NCBI GenBank assembly: GCA_963792415.1
Contig: CAWBVY010000010.1
Coordinates: forward strand, 32,001-96,000
DNA length: 64,000 nt
Source: Candidatus Deferrimicrobiaceae bacterium
GTDB lineage: Bacteria > Desulfobacterota > Deferrimicrobia > Deferrimicrobiales > Deferrimicrobiaceae
Reading direction: 5' to 3'
Shown: piece after piece, positions 55,496 through 64,000 of the stretch
How the letters are laid out: every line of letters begins with the position of its first letter
How positions within the stretch are numbered: the first letter of the stretch is position 1
Position numbers and translations under genes: made by a program
The notes under the pieces: model-generated
Told to the model about the DNA's origin: nothing
What the model saw: only the letters and a program-made list of their open reading frames with translations
Databases searched by the model: none

Positions 55496-57198
55496 CGCCG
55501 CTCCTTCACGCGTTCCGCCACTTCCCCCGGGGTGAACGGCAGCCCGTCGAACCGCGCGATCGTCCCCGAAACCTCGCGCCCCGTCTCCGCCCGGATCAGG
55601 CGCGCCAGCTGTCCCGTGCGGTTGTTTTCGACCGTCAGCGCCATACGGTAGCGGTCGAGGATCTCCGACACCGCGCGCGCGGGGAACGGGGCGACCTGTC
55701 GCAGGTGGACCGCGGCGGCGGAGACCCCTTCGGACGACAGGATCTCACGCGCCTCGGCGATCACCCCCTTCGTGGAACCGAACCCGATCAGCAGTACCTC
55801 CCCGTCCGGGGGACCGGCGAGGAGCGGCGGCAGCGTCTCCATCGCCAGCGACTCTCCTTTCCTCATCCGCTTCTCCACCATCGCGACCCGAACCGCGTGA
55901 TCCTCCGTCAGGTGGCCGTCCTCCGTGTGCTCGTCGCTGTCGGAGACCACGACGATCCCCGGCTCGCCCGGCACGGCCATCGGGGAGACGCCGTCCGCGG
56001 TGACCGCAAACCGGAGATACCTTCCCTTTCCGTCCCTCGGAACGTCGTTCCCGTGGACGATCCGCCGGTTCACGGGCGGCGCGGGAAAGTCCCCGGGGTC
56101 GGCGTCCACCACGGTGTCGGCGAGATACTGGTCCGTCAGGAGGATGCACGGGACCTGGTACGCCTCCGACATCTCCATCGCGTGGTGCGCCAGCGCGTAC
56201 GCCTCTTCGACCGAGCCGGGGGCAAGCACAAGGCGGGGAAACTCCCCGTGCCCTGCGGAGAAGGCGAACGCGAGGTCCTCCTGCCCGGTGCGGGTGGGCA
56301 TTCCGGTGGCCGGTCCCGGGCGCATCGCCAGAGCGACCACCACGGGCGTTTCCATCATCCCCGCCAGCGAGAGCGCCTCCGCCATCAGGGCGAACCCTCC
56401 CCCGGAGGTGGCCACCATCGCCCGCGCCCCCGCGTACGCGGCGCCGACCGCCATGTTCAGCGCCGCGATCTCGTCCTCGGCCTGCTCGAAGACGAGCCCC
56501 AGCGGCGGCCCGTCCACGGAGAGTCCGAGCAGGATGCTGCTGCCCGGCGTCATCGGGTACCCTGCGGCGAACTTGCACCCACCGGCCACCGCCCCGAGAG
56601 CCAGCGCCTCGTTCCCGGACAGGATCATCCGGGGATGGAACCCCGCCTCCGGCATGCCATACCCCGTCGGGACACGCGGCTCCGCCCACCCGGCCCCAAG
56701 CCGTGCCGCCGCCCGGTTCTTTTCGAGAAAATCGCCCTTGAACTCGAGGGTCAGGACCCGGTCCACCGCTTCCGGCGGAATTCCGAGGGCACGGGCGACG
56801 ATGACGGTCCCCACGATGTTCGTGAGGATCGGGCTTCCCGCGGCGACCGCCAGTTCCTTCAGCGGCGCGGCGATCACCCGCGGGTCCGCGCTCCCCGCCT
56901 CTTCCGCCGGCAGATCGCACACGACGATGCCTCCCGGGGAGACCGAGGCGAGGATGTGCGGGAGAAGCGAAGGGTCGAGGGAGAGAACGATGTCCGCCTG
57001 CTCCCGCCCCGCGCGGACCGGGATCTCCCGGATCCGGACGGAATACGAGTTCCGCCCCCCCCGGATCCGGCTCATGTAGTCCTGGGTGGCGTGGAAATGA
57101 TGCCCCGCGGCGACGGCAAGGCGGCAGAGGAGCCCGCCGGCGGTGTGCACCCCCTGGCCGGCCCCGCCCATCACCCGGATATTGACGTCGATTCCCAT
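55492..57198 (-). CDS. 2-oxoacid:ferredoxin oxidoreductase alpha subunit (gamma-alpha fusion)
   Basis: GGAGQG, SRIRGG, GNEA, YPMTP, QAEDE, RPGPATG.PT. Confidence 0.95.
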   Translation of the reverse strand: MGIDVNIRVMGGAGQGVHTAGGLLCRLAVAAGHHFHATQDYMSRIRGGRNSYSVRIREIPVRAGREQADIVLSLDPSLLPHILASVSPGGIVVCDLPAEEAGSADPRVIAAPLKELAVAAGSPILTNIVGTVIVARALGIPPEAVDRVLTLEFKGDFLEKNRAAARLGAGWAEPRVPTGYGMPEAGFHPRMILSGNEALALGAVAGGCKFAAGYPMTPGSSILLGLSVDGPPLGLVFEQAEDEIAALNMAVGAAYAGARAMVATSGGGFALMAEALSLAGMMETPVVVALAMRPGPATGMPTRTGQEDLAFAFSAGHGEFPRLVLAPGSVEEAYALAHHAMEMSEAYQVPCILLTDQYLADTVVDADPGDFPAPPVNRRIVHGNDVPRDGKGRYLRFAVTADGVSPMAVPGEPGIVVVSDSDEHTEDGHLTEDHAVRVAMVEKRMRKGESLAMETLPPLLAGPPDGEVLLIGFGSTKGVIAEAREILSSEGVSAAAVHLRQVAPFPARAVSEILDRYRMALTVENNRTGQLARLIRAETGREVSGTIARFDGLPFTPGEVAERVKERR

Positions 57199-57265
57199 TC
57201 ACCCCTCCCTTTTTCCTGTGATGATGCCTGGTGCTGCAAAGTTCCGCTTCGGGACGGATGTTGTT

Positions 57266-60200
57266 TTATTTCGGCAAGGAGGGCTCGCCCTTCAACACCT
57301 CGCCGATCAGCTCCACCGGAGAGCCCGCGGGCCGGAACACCGGCCTGTTGTCGTACGACGCCTCCCGTTCCTCCCCCAGCGTTCCCATAGCGTACCGGAG
57401 ATTCAGGTTGGCGACCAGGTAATCGCGGCGCGCCTGCGCGAGGTTGACCCGTGCCTGGTTGAGGTTGAAATTGGCGTCGTCCACCTCCAGCTTCGTCTTC
57501 ACCCCGTACTCGTACCCTTTCTCCGCGAGCGCCAGGAGGCTCTCCGCCTGCCCGACGGTGTCGGTGATCGCCCGGACGACCTCCCCCGCATCCCGGACGG
57601 CGTTCGTCGCGTCCCGGACCTGCAAAGCGATGCCGTCGAGGAGCCGGGCCTCCTCGATGCGAAGCGTGCTCCGCTCGCTCCGGGCCTGGGCGACCCGGCC
57701 CCGGGTGCGCAGGCCGTCGAACAGCGGCCACGATGCGAACAGCCCCGCCGACCAGACCTGACCGTTGGCGCTGAGGTCCCCGAACGTGCTGTCCCTCCAC
57801 CCGAGGTCCGCCTGGACGTCGAGCCGCGGCATGGTCCCCGCCTGCGCGATCGTCACCAGCTCATCCGTGATCCCGATCCGGTGGCGGATATCGGACAACT
57901 CCGGGCGGTTCTCCACGGCGGTCGCAAGGGCCTTCCCGTATTCCGGGTAGGCTACGATCTCCGCCGCGAGGTCCCCACGCACGTCGATCGGCCGGCCGTC
58001 CCGCCCCAGCAGGAAACGGAGCCGCTCCCGGAGGGAAAGGAGCTGGTTCTCCGTGCGCACGATCACGGGCTTCGCGTTCTCCAGGCCCACCTTCGCCACA
58101 AGGACGTCGTAGTCCGTCGCCGTCCCCGCGGCGTATTTCTTTTGCGCCTCGTCGAGGAACCGCGTCTTCTGGTCCCGATTCTCCAGGGCGATGGCGTTCA
58201 GCTCGCGGGCCAGCAGGATGTCATGGAACGTCGTGGTGGCCTCCTTCAGCGCCGACTGCCGGGAGATCTTCAGCTGGTCGTCCGCGCCCGCCAGCCCCAC
58301 CCGCGCCGCCCGGATCGCCGCCGACACCTGCCCCCCCGTGTACAGGGGCTGCGTCACCCCGAGCTGGGCGCCCACCGTGGTGTTCCCCGGGGGGATCCGG
58401 AACGCTTCCTGCGTGCTGTCCCAGCCTCGCGATCCCCCGGCGGTGCCGGTGACCTGCGGCAGGGCGGCCGCCCGCTCCTCGACATACTTCCCTTCCAGGG
58501 CATTGCGAAGCTCCAGGGCCTTGCGGATGTCCCGGTTGTTCTCGAGAGTGATCCGGACCACGTCGTCGAGCGTCAGGATTTCCACGGTGGAGGAATCCTC
58601 GGCGAACGCGGCCGGCGTGCCGAGGGACGGGATCCCGTGAAGGAGGATCAGCAGCCCGGCGACGGCGCCGGCGACGGCCTTCTTCCCGTCCCATCTCCGC
58701 CGCACCCACGCGGCGAAATCGTCCAGCAGCGTGTAGACGACCGGAACGACGAGCAGCGTCAGGAAGGTCGACGTGATCAGCCCCCCGACGACGGCCCGCG
58801 CCATCGGCGCGCGCTCCTCCGCCCCCGCCCCGATCCCCAGCGCCAGGGGGAGCATCCCGAAGATCATCGCCAGCGTCGTCATCAGGATGGGCCGCAGCCG
58901 GGTCCTGCCCGCCGTGATCACCGCCTCGCCCCGCTCCATCCCCCGCGCCTGCAGCACCTTCGCGTAATCCACGAGCAGGATCGCGTTCTTCGTCACCAGC
59001 CCCATCAGCATGATGAGGCCGATGAGGGACATGATGTTCACCGTGTCCCCCGTCAGCAGCAGCATCCCCGCCATCCCCACGATCGAGAGGGGCAGGGAAA
59101 GCATGATGGCGAACGGCTCGATGAACGACTCGAACTGCGCGGCGAGAATCAGGTAGACGAAGATCACGGCGAGGAGCAGCGCCTCGGCCATGTATCCGAA
59201 CGACTCGATCATGTCCTCTCCCTCCCCGGTGAAGACGATGCGGTACCCCGGAGCCATCGGCATCCCGCCGGCGATCGCCTTGACCTTGTTCATCGCCTCC
59301 CCCAGCGGCAACCCGTCGAGGTTCGCCGAGATCACGACCTCCCGGGTCAACGCCTGCCGGTTGATCTCGGACGGGGTGTCGCTCAGGGAATACCGGGCCA
59401 CTTCGCCCAGCGGCACGAGGGCGACTCCTTCCGCCCCCCGGTTCACCGCCAGCCGGACCCGCTCCACCTGGGACGGGTCCATGCGCATCGCGACGGGCAG
59501 CCGGACGCGAACGTTCACGGCGTCGCCGTCCGGGTCCTCGAAGGTCGAGACCACCTGCCCCCCGATCAGCGCACCCACGGTGCGCACGACGGCCCCGGTC
59601 GTCACGCCCAGGTCCGCCGCCCGCTTCCCGTCGACGGTCAGGCGATACTCCGGGATGTCGTGCTCCAGGGTCACCTCGAGGTCGACGATCCCGGGGATCT
59701 TCCGGATCTCCCGTTTCAGCGCCGCCGCGTACCCCTTGAGCAGGCCGATGTCCTCCCCGCGCACGGCCACGGTGAACGGCTTCGCCCCGGTGACCCTTCC
59801 CACCTCGACGATCGCGGAGAGAATCCCGGGGATCGTCCCCAGCCGCTCCCGCACCTCCTTCTGGATCTCGTCCTGGCCCCGTTTCCGCTCCCTCTTTTCG
59901 GAGAGCTTCACGTACACCATGCCGTCCCGGACCGTCCCCGCGTCCCCGGCCCCGATGGTCGCGAAGGTGCTGCGGACCTCGCGGATCTCGCGGAGTTCCG
60001 AAAGGATCGCCTCGACGCGGCCCCGGGTCTCGAGGAGGGAAGCGTCCGGCGCCGACGTGAAGTTGATCTGGAACTCGGCCCGGTCCACCGGCGTGAAGAA
60101 CTCGGTCTTGAGGGTCGCGAACGCCACGATGCCGGCGAGGAATGCCAGCGTCGCGAGGGCCAGGACCGTCTTCCGGTGCCCGAGGGCCCACGCGATCACG

Positions 60201-61765
60201 GACCGGTACCGGTCGGCCGTCCGGTCGAACCAGCCGTTGAACCGGTCGAGGATCCGGGCGACGAGGTGCCGCTTCCCCGTCCGGTCGATGTCGGGGTCGT
60301 GCCAGCGGGACGAGAGCATCGGGTCGAGGGTGAACGACACGAAGAGGGAGACGAGAACCGCGAAGGCCACGGTGATCCCGAACTGGAAGAAGAAGCGCCC
60401 GACGATCCCCTTCATGAACGCCACCGGCACGAAGACGGCGACGATGGAGAAGGTGGTGGCGACCACCGCGAGACCGATCTCCGAGGTCCCGGCCGAGGCC
60501 GCCTCGAAATGGTCCTGCCCGAATTCGAGGTGCCGGACGATGTTCTCCCGGACCACGATCGCGTCGTCGATGAGGAGTCCGATGGCGAGGGAGAGCGCCA
60601 TCAGCGTCATCACGTTGAGCGTCATCCCCATGAAGTTCATGACGATGAAGGAGGAGATGACGGAGATCGGCAGGGTGAGCCCGGTGATCACCGTGGAGCG
60701 CCACGAGTTGAGGAAGCAGAAGACGATGAAGATCGTCAGGATCCCGCCGAGGACCAGGGTCGTCTGGACGTCTTCCACCGAGTCCCGGATCATGATCGAA
60801 GCGTCCCGGACGATCTCGATCCTCGTCCCGGGCGGAAGCTCCGGCTGCAGGCGAGCGATCTCCTTCTTGACCAGCTCGACCACGGAGACCGTGTTCGCCC
60901 CCGACTGCTTCTGGATGTCGAGCGCGATCGCGGGAACGCCGTTGACGAGCGCGAGGGACCGCGGCTCCTCGATCCCGTCGATCACGTCGGCCACCTCTCC
61001 CAGCAGCACGGGCCGCCCGTTCCTCTGCCCGATCACCATCGACGGGAACCGGGACACCTCCGCGGGCTTCCCCGAAACGCGCAACGGGAATTCGGTCCCG
61101 TTCCTCGTCAACCGCCCGAGAGGGGTGTTGACGTTTTCGGACCGGATCCCCGCGATCACCTCGTCCACGCCCATGCCGAGCGCCTCGAGGCGCGCCTGGT
61201 CGATGTCGACGTTGACCTCCCGCTTCGACGACCCCACGAGGTCGACCTTCCCGACGCCGGGGATGTTCTCGAAGCGCCGCTGGACCTTCTTCTCCACCAG
61301 GGTGGTGAGGTCGTTCGGGGAAAGGGTGTCGGACCGGACCGCGAGGGACACGATCGGCGCCGCCGCGAAGTCCAGCTTCTGGATGATCGGCTCCTCGATC
61401 CCCTCCGGCAGCTCGCCGCGGATCGCGGCGATCTTGGCCCGCGCCTCCTGGGCGCCGTCGTTGAGCTTCACCTCGAGCTGGAACTCGACCATCACCGTAG
61501 AGACGCTCTCGCGGGAGATCGAGAGGACTTTCTTCACCCCTGCGATCGGGTTGACCGCCTCCTCGATCCGCTTGCTGACCTCCCGCTCGACGCTCTCCGG
61601 CGAGGCGCCGGGGAATTTCGTGACGATGGTGACGACGGGGATTTCCACGTCGGGGAACATGTCGACCGCGAGCCGCTTGTAGGAGAAGGCGCCCAGCGTC
61701 ACCAGGGCCAGCATCATCACCGAGGCGAAGATGGGGCGCTTGATCGAGAGGTCGGAGAGGAACAT
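57266..61765 (-). CDS. RND efflux permease fused in frame to a TolC-family outer membrane factor
   Basis: RND motifs IDDAIVVREN, KNAIL and RLRPILMT in the first ~1020 aa; OMF repeats (LTLDDVV...NN, QPLYTGG, WPLFDG) in the last ~445 aa. Confidence 0.9.
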   Translation of the reverse strand: MFLSDLSIKRPIFASVMMLALVTLGAFSYKRLAVDMFPDVEIPVVTIVTKFPGASPESVEREVSKRIEEAVNPIAGVKKVLSISRESVSTVMVEFQLEVKLNDGAQEARAKIAAIRGELPEGIEEPIIQKLDFAAAPIVSLAVRSDTLSPNDLTTLVEKKVQRRFENIPGVGKVDLVGSSKREVNVDIDQARLEALGMGVDEVIAGIRSENVNTPLGRLTRNGTEFPLRVSGKPAEVSRFPSMVIGQRNGRPVLLGEVADVIDGIEEPRSLALVNGVPAIALDIQKQSGANTVSVVELVKKEIARLQPELPPGTRIEIVRDASIMIRDSVEDVQTTLVLGGILTIFIVFCFLNSWRSTVITGLTLPISVISSFIVMNFMGMTLNVMTLMALSLAIGLLIDDAIVVRENIVRHLEFGQDHFEAASAGTSEIGLAVVATTFSIVAVFVPVAFMKGIVGRFFFQFGITVAFAVLVSLFVSFTLDPMLSSRWHDPDIDRTGKRHLVARILDRFNGWFDRTADRYRSVIAWALGHRKTVLALATLAFLAGIVAFATLKTEFFTPVDRAEFQINFTSAPDASLLETRGRVEAILSELREIREVRSTFATIGAGDAGTVRDGMVYVKLSEKRERKRGQDEIQKEVRERLGTIPGILSAIVEVGRVTGAKPFTVAVRGEDIGLLKGYAAALKREIRKIPGIVDLEVTLEHDIPEYRLTVDGKRAADLGVTTGAVVRTVGALIGGQVVSTFEDPDGDAVNVRVRLPVAMRMDPSQVERVRLAVNRGAEGVALVPLGEVARYSLSDTPSEINRQALTREVVISANLDGLPLGEAMNKVKAIAGGMPMAPGYRIVFTGEGEDMIESFGYMAEALLLAVIFVYLILAAQFESFIEPFAIMLSLPLSIVGMAGMLLLTGDTVNIMSLIGLIMLMGLVTKNAILLVDYAKVLQARGMERGEAVITAGRTRLRPILMTTLAMIFGMLPLALGIGAGAEERAPMARAVVGGLITSTFLTLLVVPVVYTLLDDFAAWVRRRWDGKKAVAGAVAGLLILLHGIPSLGTPAAFAEDSSTVEILTLDDVVRITLENNRDIRKALELRNALEGKYVEERAAALPQVTGTAGGSRGWDSTQEAFRIPPGNTTVGAQLGVTQPLYTGGQVSAAIRAARVGLAGADDQLKISRQSALKEATTTFHDILLARELNAIALENRDQKTRFLDEAQKKYAAGTATDYDVLVAKVGLENAKPVIVRTENQLLSLRERLRFLLGRDGRPIDVRGDLAAEIVAYPEYGKALATAVENRPELSDIRHRIGITDELVTIAQAGTMPRLDVQADLGWRDSTFGDLSANGQVWSAGLFASWPLFDGLRTRGRVAQARSERSTLRIEEARLLDGIALQVRDATNAVRDAGEVVRAITDTVGQAESLLALAEKGYEYGVKTKLEVDDANFNLNQARVNLAQARRDYLVANLNLRYAMGTLGEEREASYDNRPVFRPAGSPVELIGEVLKGEPSLPK

Positions 61766-61768
61766 CGC

Positions 61769-62923
61769 CTATTCCGCCGTCGCGGCAACCTTCACCGCGT
61801 CGCCCTCCGATAGCAGGTACGCGCCGCGGGTGACCACCGTCTCCCCGGAACGCAGGCCCGAGGGGATCTCGACGAGGTCCCCCTGGACCGTTCCCGTCGT
61901 CACCCCCCGGCGGCGCGCGACGTTGTTGTCGACGACGAAGACCTCCCCCTTCCGGGCGGCCACGTTCCAGGACAGAAGCGCCGTCCGCGGGACCTGGACG
62001 ACCCCCTTCCGGACGCCGGTCGAGATCCTCCCCTTCACGAACAGTCCTCCCTTGAGGACCTCCGGAACGTTGGGCACCTCGACGATCACGCGTACCGAGC
62101 GGTCGGCGGGGCTGACCGACGGGTTGATGTGGGCGACCTTTCCTTCGAACTCCCTGCCGGGGAACGCGTCGGTGGAAAACCGCACCGGCTGCCCCACGCG
62201 CAGGGCGGCCATCTCCGTGGAAGGCACGCTCACGGTGAGCTCGAGGAGCCGGTTGTCCACGAGGCGGAAGACCACCTTCTGCATCTCGCCCACCAGGTCC
62301 CCCACGCTCACCAGCCGCTCCGCCACCGTCCCGTCGAAGGGGGAGCGGATCACCGCCTTGGAAAGGCGCGTCGTCGCGTAGGCGACGTCCTCCCCGGCGA
62401 CCGCGACCTGGGCTTTGGCCGCGGCGATCCGGGCCGCCGCCGCCTCCTTTTGCGTCCGCGCGTCGTCCATCGCCTGCCGCGTGAGCAGCCCGGACTCCAG
62501 CAGCTTGACCGCCCGGTCGTACTCCCGGTCGGCGCGCGCGACGGCCGCCTCGGCCTCCAGCTGCCCTGCGTTCGCCATCTCGAGGGCCGCCTTCGCCTTG
62601 AGGAGGAGGACCTCCCCCTCCCTCGTATCCACCCTGAGCAGGGGATCGCCCTTGCGCACCTTCGCCCAGTCGTTCACGTAGACCTGCACCACCACGCCCC
62701 CGTACTCCGGCTTGATCTCCGCCCGATACTTCGGCGACAAGGTCCCGATGACCTCGATCCCCTCGCTGACATCCCCCGTCGCGGCGATCAAAGCGTCCAC
62801 GGAAACGGCGGGTTTTCCCGCCGGCGGAATTCCCGCCTTCCCATCCCCCTCCTTCGGGGAGCAGCCGGCCGCGACGAGAAATACGGCGAGGGCGGCGGCC
62901 CCGAGGGCGAATCTGCGGTTCAT
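61769..62923 (-). CDS. RND membrane fusion protein (lipoprotein)
   Basis: Lipobox AAGC, biotinyl-like G.V..V...V.KGD.L, IRSPFDG, G.VAHINP. Confidence 0.92.
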   Translation of the reverse strand: MNRRFALGAAALAVFLVAAGCSPKEGDGKAGIPPAGKPAVSVDALIAATGDVSEGIEVIGTLSPKYRAEIKPEYGGVVVQVYVNDWAKVRKGDPLLRVDTREGEVLLLKAKAALEMANAGQLEAEAAVARADREYDRAVKLLESGLLTRQAMDDARTQKEAAAARIAAAKAQVAVAGEDVAYATTRLSKAVIRSPFDGTVAERLVSVGDLVGEMQKVVFRLVDNRLLELTVSVPSTEMAALRVGQPVRFSTDAFPGREFEGKVAHINPSVSPADRSVRVIVEVPNVPEVLKGGLFVKGRISTGVRKGVVQVPRTALLSWNVAARKGEVFVVDNNVARRRGVTTGTVQGDLVEIPSGLRSGETVVTRGAYLLSEGDAVKVAATAE

Positions 62924-63588
62924 CGCTTCCTCTCCTTTTCCCCACTGTCGTTCCGGGTCGTCGCGATCCCTTCGAGAACGAGGTCGAGTACGCGCCGGAC
63001 GCCGTCCCGCCCGAGACTCTGCTTCGGGTGGCACAACTCCACCTCCATCGCCACGTTGACCGGCCCGATGACGGCCCACATCGCGTCGTTTAGATCCACG
63101 TCCCGGAACGCGCCGTCCCGGATTCCTTCCCGGAGGACCTGGAGCACCGCCTCCTGGAATCGGTGGTGGTACGCGTCGAAGTCGACGAACGGCGCGCCCT
63201 GCGGCGGGCCGTAATAGATGGAGTACATCACCCTGGCGGCGTCGAGGTTCTCGACGAAGATGTCGTACGCACGGAGGCACAGCCCGAACAGGCGCTCCCT
63301 GGCCGGGACGGCCGGATGAAGCGCCTCCTCGACGAGCGCGGCGAACTTGCTGAACGGCTCCCGCATCAGGTCGAGGTAGATCCCCTCCTTGCTGCCGAAG
63401 TAGTAGTACAGGACCGGCTTGGTCACGCCCGCCCGCTCGACAATTTCGCGGACGGTCGCGGCGGCGTACCCTTTCGTGGCGAACAGTTCGGTCGCCCCGG
63501 ACAGGAGGCGTTCCCTGGCGTCGCCGCCCGCCTCGGCCTCCTTCCGCTCCCTTCTCGCCATCCCGCCCTCCTGCCGTCTTTCCGTCAT
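62920..63588 (-). CDS. TetR/AcrR family regulator (start may be 63561)
   Basis: LFATKGY.AATVREI..RAGVTKPVLYYYFGSKE HTH. Confidence 0.94.
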   Translation of the reverse strand: MTERRQEGGMARRERKEAEAGGDARERLLSGATELFATKGYAAATVREIVERAGVTKPVLYYYFGSKEGIYLDLMREPFSKFAALVEEALHPAVPARERLFGLCLRAYDIFVENLDAARVMYSIYYGPPQGAPFVDFDAYHHRFQEAVLQVLREGIRDGAFRDVDLNDAMWAVIGPVNVAMEVELCHPKQSLGRDGVRRVLDLVLEGIATTRNDSGEKERKR

Positions 63589-63594
63589 CGTGCC

Positions 63595-63656
63595 TACCTA
63601 CCGGTAAGTATACGGACATGCCAAACCGTGTCAACGGGAAATTTACCGATCGGTAA
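63595..63656 (-). promoter_or_regulatory. tetR operon promoter with two operator palindromes
   Basis: TTGACA-N16-TATACT flanked by TACCTACCGGTAAGTA (63595-63610) and TTACCGATCGGTAA (63643-63656). Confidence 0.75.
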
Positions 63657-63691
63657 GTAAGGAAGAAGGCGCCTCCGGGACACACTGTTCG

Positions 63692-63860
63692 GCTGTGCCC
63701 CCCGTTCCTCCTATTCTGGGGGTACCCCAGCAGCGCGAAGCTCGTACTGGGGCGCCGCCTCGGAGGGCGGGGCTCCGTTCGTGGCTCGCCGTGCGATGAA
63801 CCTGCACGGCTGCGCTTTACCTCACTTCGCCCCCCCTCCTGCGGCGGCTCCGCCGGGCCC
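63692..63860. repeat. 169-bp structured intergenic repeat, copy 2
   Basis: Colinear with 35326-35494. Confidence 0.9.
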
Positions 63861-63922
63861 TTTCGTTGCGTACGCCTCTGTGCTGCCTGCCCGACACGTT
63901 TGCGTGTTTATGAACCGAAGGT

Positions 63923-64000
63923 CTATGCCCCCGCGGCTTTCTTCGCCACGCGGGCGTTGAACTTCGCGAAGTCGACGGCGAACCGCTCGTGGGTCCCCTT
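63923..64000 (-). CDS. 3' end of an unidentified gene running off the window
   Basis: Open frame KGTHERFAVDFAKFNARVAKKAAGA* with host-like codon usage. Confidence 0.55.
   Translation of the reverse strand, partial: KGTHERFAVDFAKFNARVAKKAAGA

Overview
High-GC, mostly housekeeping chromosomal segment of a deltaproteobacterium-like organism. The gene content resembles Ca. Deferrimicrobium/MBNT15, but that assignment is my inference. Core genes: ilvB(partial)-ilvN, arfB, cynS, mscL, tRNA-Val(TAC), tRNA-Leu(TAG)-tig-clpP-clpX-lon, eno-gpmI, HU, folD, groES-groEL with a perfect CIRCE, aroF, PBP1b, ileS-lspA-lgt, glnB-glnA with a sigma54 promoter and NtrC-like sites, plsY, malic enzyme, hisC, 2-oxoacid:ferredoxin oxidoreductase and a TetR-MFP-RND efflux operon. 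Most interesting items: (1) a compact regulatory cascade (sigma54 activator + sensorless hybrid kinase -> fliA -> mini-flgM) whose promoters are all visible, with no flagellar structural gene in the window; (2) an RND pump fused in frame to a TolC-type outer-membrane factor through an internal signal-peptide-like linker; (3) an inositol-3-phosphate synthase / MshA-like glycosyltransferase / GNAT cluster; (4) a 169-bp structured repeat in two copies with a compensatory base-pair change; (5) a GcvH-like protein lacking the lipoyl lysine; (6) a small low-GC islet with phage-like relics at the tRNA-Val 3' end. Several frameshifts (lgt, NHL protein, DUF2628, hisC) are probably sequencing/assembly indels. 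No CRISPR array, rRNA, integrase or transposase was seen.
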